From NCBI GenBank assembly GCA_964459325.1, contig CAYWKU010000014.1, forward strand, positions 15,189-79,188: a stretch of DNA of 64,000 nucleotides, given 5' to 3'. Shown here piece by piece: positions 47,220 to 57,820 of the stretch. The stretch's first letter is position 1. The number at the start of each line of letters is the position of its first letter. The translations under genes were made by a program, and so were the position numbers. This stretch comes from an uncultured bacterium (GTDB taxonomy: Bacteria; RBG-13-61-14; CAYWKU01). The notes below the pieces were generated by a model. It was not told the origin of the DNA. It saw only the letters and a program-made list of their open reading frames with translations, and did no database searches.

Positions 47220-48350
47220 TCAGGTCAGGAAACTGTAAATAACGCAGGCCACCACGCTGGATGCCAGGATACCGCCCATGTTCGGCCCCATGGCGTGCAT
47301 TATGAGGTAATTCGAGGCGTCGGCCTTCCTCCCCTCCGCCTGCACTACCCGGGGGCTATGAGGCACCGCCGCCAGTCCGGCGGCCCCTATGAGCGGGTTT
47401 ATATCCCCCTTCCCCAGAGCTTTCATCACCCTCGCTATCAACACTCCCGCCGCCGTACTCAGCACGAACCCCATAAGCCCCAGGCCGAGTATACCCAGAG
47501 TTTTGAAATTCAGGAACTTATCGGCGCTCAACGTATAGCTTATCCCGAACACCAGGCAGATGATGAAGATGTTGGTTATCTCGTTCTGAGCGGCATGGCT
47601 AAGCCGGTCGGTCACTTGGCTCTCCCTGAGCAGGTTCCCCGCCAGGAAAAAGGCGAACAACGGGGTGCCGACCGGCAAAAGCAGGGAAGCTATAACTGTC
47701 ACCGCCACTACGAAAATAACTTTCTCCGCCCGGCTCACACTCCTCATTTCGGCCATCGAAATGCGCCTTTCGCGAGCCGGAATAAGCAGTCTCATCACGG
47801 GCGGCTGTATAAGGTGCACCAATGCCATGTACAGGTACGCCGTTACCACGATGGGGCCTATCAACTCCGGCGCCAGGCGCGTGGCCATGAACACGGTAAC
47901 CGGCCCGTTGGCCCCTGCGATTATACCTATGGCCGCGGCTTCCTTTAGGCCGTAACCTGCAACCGCCGCCAATAGCAGCACCGCGAACTGCCCCACCTGG
48001 GCCGCCGCGCTTATGAGCATCACCCCCGGCCTCGCCAGAAGCGGCCCCAGGTCGGTCAACGCCCCCACCCCGAAAAACAACAGGATGGGCGCAATGTCGG
48101 TCATTATGGTGTAATCGAAAAAGTAACGGAACATCCCGCCCGGCTCGTGCGCCAGCAGGCCGCTGGCGGGGATGTTGGCGAGGATAGTGCCGAAACCGAG
48201 CGGCAAAAGCAGGAGCGGCTCGTAATCCTTCCTGATGGCGAGATACATCATCCCGCAGCCGACGAGCATCATCACCAGGTTGCCCGCCCCCAGTTGCGAG
48301 AAACCGGTCACGCTCCAGAAGTCTTCAAAAATCTCCAGCAAATTCGCCAA
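47220..48350 (-). CDS. Na+-translocating decarboxylase beta subunit (OadB/MmdB/GcdB)
   Basis: YEPLLLLPLGFG, AAAIGIIAGANGP, YLYMALV, PLIGAAG, HAMGPNMGG. Confidence 0.92.
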   Translation of the reverse strand: MANLLEIFEDFWSVTGFSQLGAGNLVMMLVGCGMMYLAIRKDYEPLLLLPLGFGTILANIPASGLLAHEPGGMFRYFFDYTIMTDIAPILLFFGVGALTDLGPLLARPGVMLISAAAQVGQFAVLLLAAVAGYGLKEAAAIGIIAGANGPVTVFMATRLAPELIGPIVVTAYLYMALVHLIQPPVMRLLIPARERRISMAEMRSVSRAEKVIFVVAVTVIASLLLPVGTPLFAFFLAGNLLRESQVTDRLSHAAQNEITNIFIICLVFGISYTLSADKFLNFKTLGILGLGLMGFVLSTAAGVLIARVMKALGKGDINPLIGAAGLAAVPHSPRVVQAEGRKADASNYLIMHAMGPNMGGILASSVVACVIYSFLT

Positions 48351-48351
48351 C

Positions 48352-48720
48352 CTACCCTATGGTTACGAGCTTGTCCCCGGTCTTTACGTGGTCCCCCACC
48401 GATACGTGGATTCGGGTAACCATGCCGTCCATCGGAGCCATGACGGGGTTTTCGATTTTCATTGACTCGACCACCATAAGCTCGTCGCCCTTTTTCACCC
48501 GGTCGGAAACCTTAACCTTTATTCTGAGAACTTTTCCGGGAATCGGGGCGGCAACCGCCCCGTCCGATACCGTCGCCGCAGACGGGGCGGGAGTTCCCGC
48601 ACCTTCGGTGAAATTGCTCGATTGCACCCTGTTTATCCTGTGTTCTCCCTCACCCAATTCCTCCACTTCGACTTCGAAGGTTTTTCCGTTGACGGTCACT
48701 CTGAACTTGCGGGTTGCCAA
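48352..48720 (-). CDS. Biotin carboxyl carrier subunit of the decarboxylase
   Basis: FRVTVNGK, APIPGKV, VESMKIEN biotinylation motif. TTG start after GGAGGAG. Confidence 0.92.
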   Translation of the reverse strand: MATRKFRVTVNGKTFEVEVEELGEGEHRINRVQSSNFTEGAGTPAPSAATVSDGAVAAPIPGKVLRIKVKVSDRVKKGDELMVVESMKIENPVMAPMDGMVTRIHVSVGDHVKTGDKLVTIG

Positions 48721-48722
48721 GT

Positions 48723-49025
48723 TTATTCTCCTCCCTCGGGCAGGTCGGATTCGGCGAGCGTTCTCCACGCATCCGCCTCCCCTTCCGGCTCTATATCCGG
48801 TATGAAAGGGGTTTCGGGCATCTCGAAGAAAAAGGAAATCGCCCCGGCTATCGCCGCCATTCCTTCATCACTGAGCTCACCTTCTGTGACTTCGACCAGT
48901 GTTTCGGTGGCATCGGCGAAAAGCTTCTTTACCAACTTGGCCACACCGATAAAGAAGAGAATTATTATCAGGGTGGCTATGAAGCTGACCAGCGAAACCT
49001 CAAGCCCTTGTACGAAAGCGCTCAT
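48723..49025 (-). CDS. Decarboxylase delta/gamma (OadG/MmdD-like) membrane subunit
   Basis: Single N-terminal TM, AAIAGAI motif, C-terminal W; position in the operon. Confidence 0.75.
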   Translation of the reverse strand: MSAFVQGLEVSLVSFIATLIIILFFIGVAKLVKKLFADATETLVEVTEGELSDEGMAAIAGAISFFFEMPETPFIPDIEPEGEADAWRTLAESDLPEGGE

Positions 49026-49035
49026 CGATTCCTCG

Positions 49036-50589
49036 TCACATAGGGATGTTTCCGTGTTTTTTTCGGGGGCGCGGCTCCTTTTTGCCCCGCATGAAATCCA
49101 GATACTTTATCAAGGCATTCCGGGTTTGCGCCGGCTCGATGACGTCGCCGGCAAGCCCGAGCTCCGCGTTTCTCACCGGCTCGCCGAAAGTGTCGCGGTA
49201 CCATTCAACTTTTTCCCGCCGGAAAGCTTCCGGTTCTTCGGCCTCCTTGATTTCTTTGGCCATCAACAAATCCACCGCCGCTTCGGCTCCCACCACGGCG
49301 ATTTCAGCTGTAGGCCACGCCAGTATCAGGTCCGAGCCCAGGCCCTTGTTGCCGCCCATTGCTAATATGCCGCCGCCGTAGCCTTTGCGCAGCACCACCG
49401 TTATTTTTGGCACGCTTGCTTCGCAGTACGCGTAAAGCATTTTGGCGCCGTGACGGATTATCCCCGCATGTTCCTGTTCGGCTCCCGGCAAGTACCCCGG
49501 CACGTCCGCGAAGTACACGATGGGTATGTTGAAGCAGTCGCAAAACCTGACGAACCGGGCACTCTTATCGCTGGCATCCACCGTCAGCGCGCCGCCCATG
49601 GACATGGGCTGGTTGGCTATTATGCCCACCGGGCGTCCATTCAACCTTATAAAACCAACCACCAGGTTGGTGGCGAACTCCTCGTGGATTTCCATAAAAT
49701 CGCCGAAATCTCCCACCCGGCGGATAATTTCCCTCACGTCGTAAGACTTGCGCCCGTCCTCGGGCACAATCGAAGCAAGCTCCCCGTCCTCCCGTTCCGA
49801 ATCGTCAACTTGTACGGCGACCGGGGGATCTTCGAGGTGATTTTGCGGCAAAAAGGCCAGTAGCCTCTTCACCGAATCGAAGCATTGCGCCTCATCCGGA
49901 AGTGCGAAATGAGCGCATCCGGTAACCTGCGAGTGCACTTTCGAGCCCCCGAGTTGTTCGCTGGTGAATTGCTCCCCGGTGACCGATTCAATCACCCGGG
50001 GGCCGGTGATATGCATGTAGGAAATTTCGTCCACCATGAAGACGAAATCCATGAGTGCGGGCGAGTAGACGCTTATCCCTGCGCATGGTCCCATTATGAG
50101 GGCGATTTGAGGCACCACGCCGGATGCCAGGGTGTTTGGGAGAAACAGGGAGCCGCCGTCCCTGCCGCCGCCCCATCCTTCCTGGATACGGGCGCCGGCG
50201 CTGTCGAAAAGGCCGATGACCGGAACGCCCCTCTTGCGGGCCCAATCCACCGTTTCGCACATCTTCCTGCCGTGCACCGCGCCGATGCTTCCTCCAAGCA
50301 CGGTGAAATCCTGGGCAAATATGCAAACTTTCCTGCCGTTAACTTCGCCGAACCCGGATATCAGCCCGTCTCCGTGGAAACGCTTTCTGTCCATTCCGAA
50401 TTCCGTGGCGCGGGTGGTAACCAGGGGGTCGAATTCCGTGAAGGCGCCGGGGTCTAGCAGCTTGTCTATTCTTTCCCGGGCGGATAATTTGCCCTTATCG
50501 TGTTGCTTATCGAGCTTCTCCTTGCCTCCGCCGGTCAGGGCTTTATCCTTTATTTCTCGCAGCCCCCGGATTTTGTCGTCCATGCTCAT
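49036..50589 (-). CDS. Acyl-CoA carboxyltransferase alpha subunit (methylmalonyl-CoA decarboxylase / PccB type)
   Basis: QHDKGKLSARERI, QDFTVLGGS, DSAGARIQEG, GPCAG, DVPGYLPG, RKGYGG, KKHGNIPM. Confidence 0.92.
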   Translation of the reverse strand: MSMDDKIRGLREIKDKALTGGGKEKLDKQHDKGKLSARERIDKLLDPGAFTEFDPLVTTRATEFGMDRKRFHGDGLISGFGEVNGRKVCIFAQDFTVLGGSIGAVHGRKMCETVDWARKRGVPVIGLFDSAGARIQEGWGGGRDGGSLFLPNTLASGVVPQIALIMGPCAGISVYSPALMDFVFMVDEISYMHITGPRVIESVTGEQFTSEQLGGSKVHSQVTGCAHFALPDEAQCFDSVKRLLAFLPQNHLEDPPVAVQVDDSEREDGELASIVPEDGRKSYDVREIIRRVGDFGDFMEIHEEFATNLVVGFIRLNGRPVGIIANQPMSMGGALTVDASDKSARFVRFCDCFNIPIVYFADVPGYLPGAEQEHAGIIRHGAKMLYAYCEASVPKITVVLRKGYGGGILAMGGNKGLGSDLILAWPTAEIAVVGAEAAVDLLMAKEIKEAEEPEAFRREKVEWYRDTFGEPVRNAELGLAGDVIEPAQTRNALIKYLDFMRGKKEPRPRKKHGNIPM

Positions 50590-50651
50590 CGGATAGAAAT
50601 ATACCCCCACGCGCCTTGACGGTCAACAGGCTCTTTATTCATGAATTCCGC

Positions 50652-51716
50652 CTACCTTATGGCTTCCAGGCGGAGAAGGTGGTCGGCCAGCACAATCGCC
50701 AGCATGGCTTCGGCTACCGGAACTATTCGCGGACATATGCAGGGGTCGTGTCGGCCTTTTATTTCGACGGTTCGGGAGTTTCCCTTCAGGTCTACAGTTT
50801 TCTGCTTTTTACTTACGGAAGGAGTGGGCTTGACGGCTATCCGCGCGATGATGTCCTCCCCCGTGCTTATCCCCCCGAGAACGCCACCGGCCCTGTTGGA
50901 AGGCATACGAATCCGGCCTTTTCTCTTGACTATCGGGTCGTTCATTTCCGAGCCGCGCATCCGGGCGGCTCCGAACCCGGCGCCGAGTTCCACGCCCTTG
51001 ACGGCGCCTATGCTCATCAGCGCTCCGGCTATGTCGGCGTCCAGCTTGGAGAAGACGGGATCCCCCAGCCCCGCAGGCGCCCCCGAGGCTACAACTTCAA
51101 CAACGCCGCCGAGCGAATCGCCTTCTTTCCGGGCCTTTTCGACGGCCTCTTGCATTTTCTTCGCAGCCCCGGAGTCGGCGCATCTGACGGGATTCCGCTC
51201 GATTTCTGTGCGCTTAAACTCACCGGCTTCAATCCCGCCTATCTCGAGCGTGTGGCCGTATATTTCGATGCCCTTGTCTGCGAGCAAAGTCTTTGCGACT
51301 GCACCGGCGGCCACTCTGGCGGCCGTCTCTCGGCCCGAGCTTCTTCCGCCGCCCCGGTGGTCCCTTATGCCGTATCGGGCCTGATAAGTGAAGTCCGCGT
51401 GACCGGGCCTGTACAACTCTTTTATTTCTTCGTAAGAGGAAGAATCGACGTCCTTGTTCCGGAGGAGAACGGCAATGGGCGCGCCGGTGGTTACTCCCTC
51501 GAAGACGCCGGAAAGCACCTCGCACCGGTCGGTTTCCGACCGGGAGGTGGTGATTTCACTCTGCCCCGGTCTCCGCCGGTCCAATTCCTTCTGTATGAGC
51601 TTTTCGTCGAGTTTTAAACCGGGCGGGCAACCGTCAATCACGCATCCGACACCCGGCCCGTGGGATTCCCCGAAAGTGGTGACATTGAAAAGCACTCCGA
51701 AAGTATTTCCGCTCAT
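50652..51716 (-). CDS. aroC: Chorismate synthase
   Basis: [39 protein letters not shown]. Confidence 0.97.
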   Translation of the reverse strand: MSGNTFGVLFNVTTFGESHGPGVGCVIDGCPPGLKLDEKLIQKELDRRRPGQSEITTSRSETDRCEVLSGVFEGVTTGAPIAVLLRNKDVDSSSYEEIKELYRPGHADFTYQARYGIRDHRGGGRSSGRETAARVAAGAVAKTLLADKGIEIYGHTLEIGGIEAGEFKRTEIERNPVRCADSGAAKKMQEAVEKARKEGDSLGGVVEVVASGAPAGLGDPVFSKLDADIAGALMSIGAVKGVELGAGFGAARMRGSEMNDPIVKRKGRIRMPSNRAGGVLGGISTGEDIIARIAVKPTPSVSKKQKTVDLKGNSRTVEIKGRHDPCICPRIVPVAEAMLAIVLADHLLRLEAIR

Positions 51717-51818
51717 CTTTTTCTCCCGTGGTCAATTTGCTCCAAAAGGGGGACTTTGTCAACTCTGCCTCCTTTGAGTGAGTTGACAGGCCCGCCGGCA
51801 AGAATCACCCTTTAAGTC

Positions 51819-52193
51819 ATGCATAAGGTAGGCGTAAAAGCAAGGTTCAGCGCGGCGCATTCATTGAGAGAATACGGCGGCAACTGCGAAAAACTCCACG
51901 GACACAACTGGCTTGTGGAGCTGGTTTGCAGTTCGGACGAGCTGAATAACCTGGGCATGGTGGTGGATTTCAGGGTTTTAAAAAAGGCCCTGGGCGAGGT
52001 CATCGACAAGCTTGACCACAGCTTTCTGAACGACCTTGAGCCCTTCAGGAAGGTGAACCCCTCCAGCGAGAACATAGCCCGCCACATATATGAAGAAGTT
52101 CACTCGCGACTGCCCTCCGATAGGCCCGCGAAGCTGGTCGGCGTGAGGGTTTGGGAAAGCGAAGACAGTTGGGCCGAATATGACGGGTCGTAG
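51819..52193 (+). CDS. queD: 6-carboxytetrahydropterin synthase
   Basis: FSAAHSL, CEKLHGHNW, LDHSFLN, PSSENIA, VWES. Confidence 0.92.
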   Translation: MHKVGVKARFSAAHSLREYGGNCEKLHGHNWLVELVCSSDELNNLGMVVDFRVLKKALGEVIDKLDHSFLNDLEPFRKVNPSSENIARHIYEEVHSRLPSDRPAKLVGVRVWESEDSWAEYDGS

Positions 52194-52220
52194 TTTTCCC
52201 GGGCGTTACCGGGAATGCGG

Positions 52221-54173
52221 TTACTTTTCCGTGCTTACGTTCCACACAGATATGCCGATGTAAACGAGGTATACAAACGCGCCTAAAATAAGCGGCAAGA
52301 TGTTGGAATAGGCGGGCATTATCCACTCGCTGCGCAGTATACCGTGCCTGTAAATAAAGCCGAATATCACCAGGGAGGAAACAAAGGTGAGTACGAGCCC
52401 CCTCACGCTTTTACCGAGCAAGAGGTGTCCGATTCCCGGCACCAATATGGTGATAATTTCCGCCGCCAGCACCTTTCTTTCCTGCTTCAGCCTGATTTCC
52501 GCCCGCGCCCGTTCGCGGGTTCGAGGGTCAATTCCGGTTTTCATGCCGGTGATGTTGCGGCACCGGACACACATATCTTCAGCGCTTTCCACCGGTTGGC
52601 ACTTTTTGCAGAAAGGAGTTCCGCAAACCTTACAAGCAGCGGCATGGGGCACCTTAACGTCCACTACGGTCAACAAGCCCATCAGGAGCAGACAACCAAG
52701 CACGACGAAAGGAACCGCATCGAGCGGAACGCCGCCGGAATAGGATTTGAACATGGTATCCGCGACTTGTTCCCGGCGCGGCGTTGCCCTCCACAAGTCG
52801 CTCCATATCCGCCCCAGCGGCAACTGCATAGGCACCACGAATCTGCCGGGATTGAGCTCCTGGTATTCGGTCCACGTCTCCATAAGGTCCGGCGCCAGGG
52901 ATTTTACGGTACGGATTTCATCTTCCGAGCGGTCGACATTGTCGGCGCTCAAGTCCACGATTTCCGGCCTTCCCAACACCATGGCCAGGTTGTAATGAAC
53001 CACCGGCCCCTCCGGCAACATCCGGGCGGCCTTTTCATACCACTTGAGGGCCTCGGAGTATTTTCCCCAGCGATAATAGGTGTTTCCCTTAAGGAAACTG
53101 CTGAGCGCTTCGGTTTCCTCATCGCCGCTTTCTATCCCCTGAAGAACGGTAATGGCTTTCTGGTATTCCCCGCGGTTGGCCAGGGACTTGGCCAGGGAAA
53201 GTTTCAGGTTGCTTTTCGACACTCCCCCGTTTTCCCCGGCGTTCAGAGCCTCCCTCAGCCGCGTAATTTCCTGCTGGCCCCACATCTCCTCCCTAACCTT
53301 GACCACCGCTTCGAAAGCAGGCTCCGACATGGCGGAAATTCCGTTGCCCAGGAATCTGAAGGGCAGCGGCAATATCAGAATGAGGACCGTAAGAACGGCC
53401 GCCACTATTTTCTCCCCACGCCTCATGTATATCCATGTAATAAGCAACACAAGGAGCGCATACAGAAATATGTTGGGGACAAAAGCCACCGGGAACAGAA
53501 CCAGCGCCGATACCATCACCATGGAGCTTCTCTTATCAAAACCCGCTCCCCTTTCCTGTAATTCGTGGGCCAAAAGCTTGGTGTGACGGATAAGCAGGAA
53601 AGCCGCAAACAGTAACAAGGCCCAGAAATAAGCGCTCAGAAATACCGACAGGAGGTTGAAAAGAGACGGATAAGCGGTATTGAAAGCGGAGTACTTTTTA
53701 CGGACACCCGACAAGGCAGTAGCCAGCGCGTCAAATATCCTCCCGGTCTTGAGGTAGTACCTGGCCTGTCCCCGATTGGGACCGTAAAAATCGGGCGCAA
53801 GGTCACGGGCCTGTTTAAGGAGCTGATGAGACCTGGGATTTTTATCATTACCAGCGAGATTACGGGATTCTTCAATCAGCGAAGCGGAGTAAAGCTGAAG
53901 GTTGGACACACCCAGATTGAGCCTCTGCAGAAGCATTTCGTTCACTATTTTTTCCGCCCGCCCGTAGTCGCCCATTCCGGCCAGCCGAGTCCGCTCCCAC
54001 CAGAGGCTCTCCCAGGGCGCGGGAGATTTGTTGTATTCTTCTCCATCGGAAGCTTGAGAAAGGGCGGGCAAAAAAAACGCGAGTAAAATTATTCCCGCAA
54101 GCAAACTACCGGTCCACGCGAGCTTTTCAGGTGTGAATTTTCCGCCAAGCATGGGATTTCTTTTAATTATCAC
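52221..54173 (-). CDS. Membrane TPR protein with C-terminal Cys-rich Zn-finger-like region
   Basis: TM bundle, TPR repeats, CKVCGTPFCKKC...CVRC, then PGIGHL plus TMs. Confidence 0.75.
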   Translation of the reverse strand: MIIKRNPMLGGKFTPEKLAWTGSLLAGIILLAFFLPALSQASDGEEYNKSPAPWESLWWERTRLAGMGDYGRAEKIVNEMLLQRLNLGVSNLQLYSASLIEESRNLAGNDKNPRSHQLLKQARDLAPDFYGPNRGQARYYLKTGRIFDALATALSGVRKKYSAFNTAYPSLFNLLSVFLSAYFWALLLFAAFLLIRHTKLLAHELQERGAGFDKRSSMVMVSALVLFPVAFVPNIFLYALLVLLITWIYMRRGEKIVAAVLTVLILILPLPFRFLGNGISAMSEPAFEAVVKVREEMWGQQEITRLREALNAGENGGVSKSNLKLSLAKSLANRGEYQKAITVLQGIESGDEETEALSSFLKGNTYYRWGKYSEALKWYEKAARMLPEGPVVHYNLAMVLGRPEIVDLSADNVDRSEDEIRTVKSLAPDLMETWTEYQELNPGRFVVPMQLPLGRIWSDLWRATPRREQVADTMFKSYSGGVPLDAVPFVVLGCLLLMGLLTVVDVKVPHAAACKVCGTPFCKKCQPVESAEDMCVRCRNITGMKTGIDPRTRERARAEIRLKQERKVLAAEIITILVPGIGHLLLGKSVRGLVLTFVSSLVIFGFIYRHGILRSEWIMPAYSNILPLILGAFVYLVYIGISVWNVSTEK

Positions 54174-54420
54174 ATCGAGGCCTTTGACGCAATCGGCCCT
54201 TCAAACCCGGGACGACCTGTCCCGGATATTGACCAAATACCAATCATTTATTGTTTATTATTAATACAAAAGACGCAACGACTGCAACTTTATTTTCCCG
54301 GGGGGCTACCGAAAAGAACGGCTACGATAGCGGTTTATCCGGCCTGCGGCCTTATAAGCGGTTGAAAACCCGCGAATATTGGAGTAATTTAATGGAATTA
54401 GCCGGTTGTGGAGGTATTTG

Positions 54421-54831
54421 ATGATTGATTTTATCAGAAACAGGTTCAAGTTGGTTTGTTTAATATGCTTTATCCTGACCAGCGGGGCGGGCCTATTGGG
54501 TCTGCTGGCGCCGGGAATCGTCGATGCTATGGCCGGAACCACCATAGACATTACGGTACAAAGCCGGTTTTTTGCCCAGTCCGCATTCGTGCTGATACTT
54601 ATTATCGGCTTCCTTTTTCTTATTATAATGTCCGACCCGGAAGGCAACAGGTTCCTCCTGGGGTGGCTTATAGCGGAAAAATTCATCTTCGTGGGCTTTC
54701 TGATATACGCCATGGGACCGTTGAGCCTCTCGTGGATGTTTCTCCCCGTTGTAATAGGGGATTTATTGATGGGACTGGCGTGTCTGTTGTATCTTATTCT
54801 TGGGGCTTCGGAAACGGAGCCGGCCTATTAA
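54421..54831 (+). CDS. Hypothetical 4-TM membrane protein
   Basis: Four hydrophobic helices; ATG 54421 after GGAGG. Confidence 0.65.
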   Translation: MIDFIRNRFKLVCLICFILTSGAGLLGLLAPGIVDAMAGTTIDITVQSRFFAQSAFVLILIIGFLFLIIMSDPEGNRFLLGWLIAEKFIFVGFLIYAMGPLSLSWMFLPVVIGDLLMGLACLLYLILGASETEPAY

Positions 54832-54879
54832 GGCTGCCCGAATGTATCACGCAATCAATCGACATGGGAGGTTAAGGGC

Positions 54880-55104
54880 ATGACATTCTTTCTGGGCCCC
54901 CTGGGCCCCACCGAGTTGATTCTCATCCTCCTGGTTATCCTCATTATCTTCGGAGCCGGAAGGCTGCCGGAAATAGGGGAAGGACTGGGCAAAGGAATAA
55001 AAAGTTTCAAAAAAGCCGTAAAGGACGAGCGCAAGCAGATGTCCCCGGATGAGGAGGATGAAAAGAAAAAAGAGCTTCCCCCCGGAAAAGATAAAGAAGA
55101 GTGA
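54880..55104 (+). CDS. tatA: Twin-arginine translocase TatA
   Basis: [38 protein letters not shown]. Confidence 0.93.
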   Translation: MTFFLGPLGPTELILILLVILIIFGAGRLPEIGEGLGKGIKSFKKAVKDERKQMSPDEEDEKKKELPPGKDKEE

Positions 55105-55130
55105 GTGCGGATTAACGGCCCGAATATCAT

Positions 55131-55158
55131 GACTCCGGCATGGCCGGGGTCTTTTTAT
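55131..55158 (+). terminator. Intrinsic terminator after tatA
   Basis: GACTCCGGC-ATG-GCCGGGGTC followed by TTTTTATT. Confidence 0.7.
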
Positions 55159-55209
55159 TGCATTGCTTTGTAGCCGATGGGCGATTCCATATTTTATAAT
55201 ATCTCCCCG

Positions 55210-56808
55210 ATGAAAACGGCAAGGCTTATCCTGCCGCTGGCGATTTGCATCATCGCGACGGCGGCCTCAACCTGTAAGGTTCGCGAAATCAGCCGCACTC
55301 CCACCGATTGGCTGGTGCGAAGACTGGGCAGTGAACCCGACACGCTCAACCCGCTCACCAGCACCGACGCCTACTCCAACGAAATTCTCGACTACATATA
55401 TGAAACCCTCGTCCGCCGGAACCCGGACACCCTCAAGCTGGAACCGTGGCTGGCCAGAGACTGGGACATAAGCTCCGACGGCATGGTAATAACCTTCCAT
55501 ATGCGCAAGGACGTCAAATTCACCGACGGCCACCCCGCAACGGCGGAAGACGTTGCCTACGCCTACCGGAAGATAATGGACCCCAAGGTCAACGCCCCTC
55601 ACCTGCGCAACTACTACAAGGATATCGAAAAGGTCGAAGTGACGGGTAAGTACACCATCAAGTTCACTTACAAGCAACCATATTTCAGGGCGGTGGAAAT
55701 ATGCGGCTACACCCCGTGCATACCAAAACATCTCTTCGAGAAATCCGAAAACTTCAACCAGAGCGACCTCGGGCGAAAACCGGTCGGCACCGGCCCATAT
55801 AAGTTCAAAAAATGGATTACCGGCCAGAAAATAATCCTCGAGCGCAATGAGAACTATTGGAAAGATAAGCCGCGGATAAAAACCATCGCTTACAAGTTCA
55901 TACACCAGGACTCCACCGCCCTTATCGAGCTCAAAAAGCAACACATCGACTACATGGGCCTCACTTCTCTTCAGTGGGCCAAGCAATCCGACACCGAGCG
56001 CTTCAAAGCCAAATTCCGCAAGGAAAAATACTACCAGCCCAATTACAACTACGTCGGCTGGAACATGCGGACACCGCCCTTCGACGACAAGAAAGTGCGA
56101 CGGGCCATGACCATGCTCGTAGACCGGGAAACCATACTTAAAACCGTGCAATTCGGGCTGGGTAAAATTGTGACCGGCCCTGCATACATCAACAGCCCGT
56201 ACTACGACGATTCCATCGAGCCATGGCCGTACGACCCCGCCAGGGCCAGAGAACTATTGGCGGAAGCCGGCTGGAAGGACCACGACGGAGACGGAATCCG
56301 CGATAAAAACGGCGAGCCTTTCAGGTTCGAGTTCCTTATATCCAGCGGCAGTATTTTTTCCTCTCAACTGGCTACCATCCTGAAGGAAGAACTGGACAAG
56401 ATGGGTATAGTCATGGAAGTGCGCCGCCTGGAATGGGCGACGTTTCTCAAGCTGATAGACGAGCGCAACTTTGACGCCGTCACACTGGGCTGGTCGTTGA
56501 GCGTCGAGACCGACCCTTATCAGTTGTGGCATTCCAGCCAGTCCGAAAAGGGCTCCAACTTCGTTGGATTCAAGAACCAAAAGGCCGACCGCATCATCGT
56601 CAAAAACCGCCGCACCCTTGACCGAGACAAAAGAATCGAGTTGATGAAGGAGTTTCACGGGATACTCCACGAGGAGCAACCCTACACGTTCCTCTTCTGC
56701 CGGCCCTCGCTGGTGGCGCTGCACAGAAGGTTTGAAAACGTCACAGTTCACAAGCTGGGGCTGAGGCCGCGCGAGTGGACAATAAACCCCGATTGGAAAG
56801 AGGACTGA
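55210..56808 (+). CDS. Peptide ABC transporter substrate-binding protein (family 5)
   Basis: Lipoprotein-like signal, EPDTLNP, PVGTGPYKF, KVRRAM. Confidence 0.92.
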   Translation: MKTARLILPLAICIIATAASTCKVREISRTPTDWLVRRLGSEPDTLNPLTSTDAYSNEILDYIYETLVRRNPDTLKLEPWLARDWDISSDGMVITFHMRKDVKFTDGHPATAEDVAYAYRKIMDPKVNAPHLRNYYKDIEKVEVTGKYTIKFTYKQPYFRAVEICGYTPCIPKHLFEKSENFNQSDLGRKPVGTGPYKFKKWITGQKIILERNENYWKDKPRIKTIAYKFIHQDSTALIELKKQHIDYMGLTSLQWAKQSDTERFKAKFRKEKYYQPNYNYVGWNMRTPPFDDKKVRRAMTMLVDRETILKTVQFGLGKIVTGPAYINSPYYDDSIEPWPYDPARARELLAEAGWKDHDGDGIRDKNGEPFRFEFLISSGSIFSSQLATILKEELDKMGIVMEVRRLEWATFLKLIDERNFDAVTLGWSLSVETDPYQLWHSSQSEKGSNFVGFKNQKADRIIVKNRRTLDRDKRIELMKEFHGILHEEQPYTFLFCRPSLVALHRRFENVTVHKLGLRPREWTINPDWKED

Positions 56809-56812
56809 AGCG

Positions 56813-57820
56813 GTGAGAAGCTACATAATCAAAAGGCTGCTTCTCATAATACCCACCCTTTTCGGAATCACCGTAATCACGTTCATAGTCATCCACCTGA
56901 CCCCCGGCGACCCGGCGGAGCTTAAAATCAAACAGGGCGCCATGGGTACCGCTACTCCGGTAACCAGGGAAATGCTGGAGCAGACCCGCGAGTTGTACGG
57001 ACTGGACAAGCCCCTCCACGAACAGTATTTCATCTGGCTGGGCAGGCTGGCGCGGCTGGACTTCGGCACCAGCTTCAAAGACTCCCGGCCCGTGCTGGAA
57101 AAGCTCAAGGAAGCCGTGCCCATTACCCTGTTACTCAACGTCATAAGCATTTTCCTCATATACCTGCTGGCCATCCCCCTGGGGATTTTGAGCGCGGTAA
57201 AAAGGCGAACCATGCTGGACAATTCCCTGACCGTGGTCCTGTTCGTTCTGTACAGCCTGCCGTCATTCTGGGTGGCGCAGATACTCATAACCTACTTCGC
57301 CAGCGGCACTTACTTCGACTTTTTCCCCGCATACGGGCTTCATTCGGAAGGCATAATCAATTACGGCACGTGGCTGAGATTCGAGGACCTCATGTGGCAC
57401 CTGGTACTGCCCGTCTTCTGCCTCACCTACAACGGGCTGGCCTATTTGAGCCGGATGGAGCGGATTGGGATGCTGGAGGTTATTCAACAGGACTACATCC
57501 GAACCGCCCGCGCCAAAGGACTGAGCGAGCCGGTGGTTATACTTAAACACGCCTTCCGCAACAGCCTGATACCCATACTAACCCTCATGGCCTCCCTGCT
57601 GCCGGCGCTTTTGGGCGGGTCGGTCATAATCGAGCAGATATTTAACATCAGAGGCATGGGGTGGCTTACCTTCGAGGCCATACTCAACCGCGACTATCCG
57701 GTGGTCATGGGAGTGTTTACCATAAGCGCCTTCCTTACGCTGTTAGGTCTCCTGCTCTCCGACATCATGTACGCGGTGGTGGACCCGAGGATAAGCTTCG
57801 AGAGGGGCGAGGGTGGCTGA
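56813..57820 (+). CDS. Peptide ABC transporter permease (OppB/DppB)
   Basis: YIIKRLLLIIPTL, PGDPA, DYIRTARAKGL...KHAFRNS, RDYPVV, DPRI. Confidence 0.93.
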   Translation: MRSYIIKRLLLIIPTLFGITVITFIVIHLTPGDPAELKIKQGAMGTATPVTREMLEQTRELYGLDKPLHEQYFIWLGRLARLDFGTSFKDSRPVLEKLKEAVPITLLLNVISIFLIYLLAIPLGILSAVKRRTMLDNSLTVVLFVLYSLPSFWVAQILITYFASGTYFDFFPAYGLHSEGIINYGTWLRFEDLMWHLVLPVFCLTYNGLAYLSRMERIGMLEVIQQDYIRTARAKGLSEPVVILKHAFRNSLIPILTLMASLLPALLGGSVIIEQIFNIRGMGWLTFEAILNRDYPVVMGVFTISAFLTLLGLLLSDIMYAVVDPRISFERGEGG

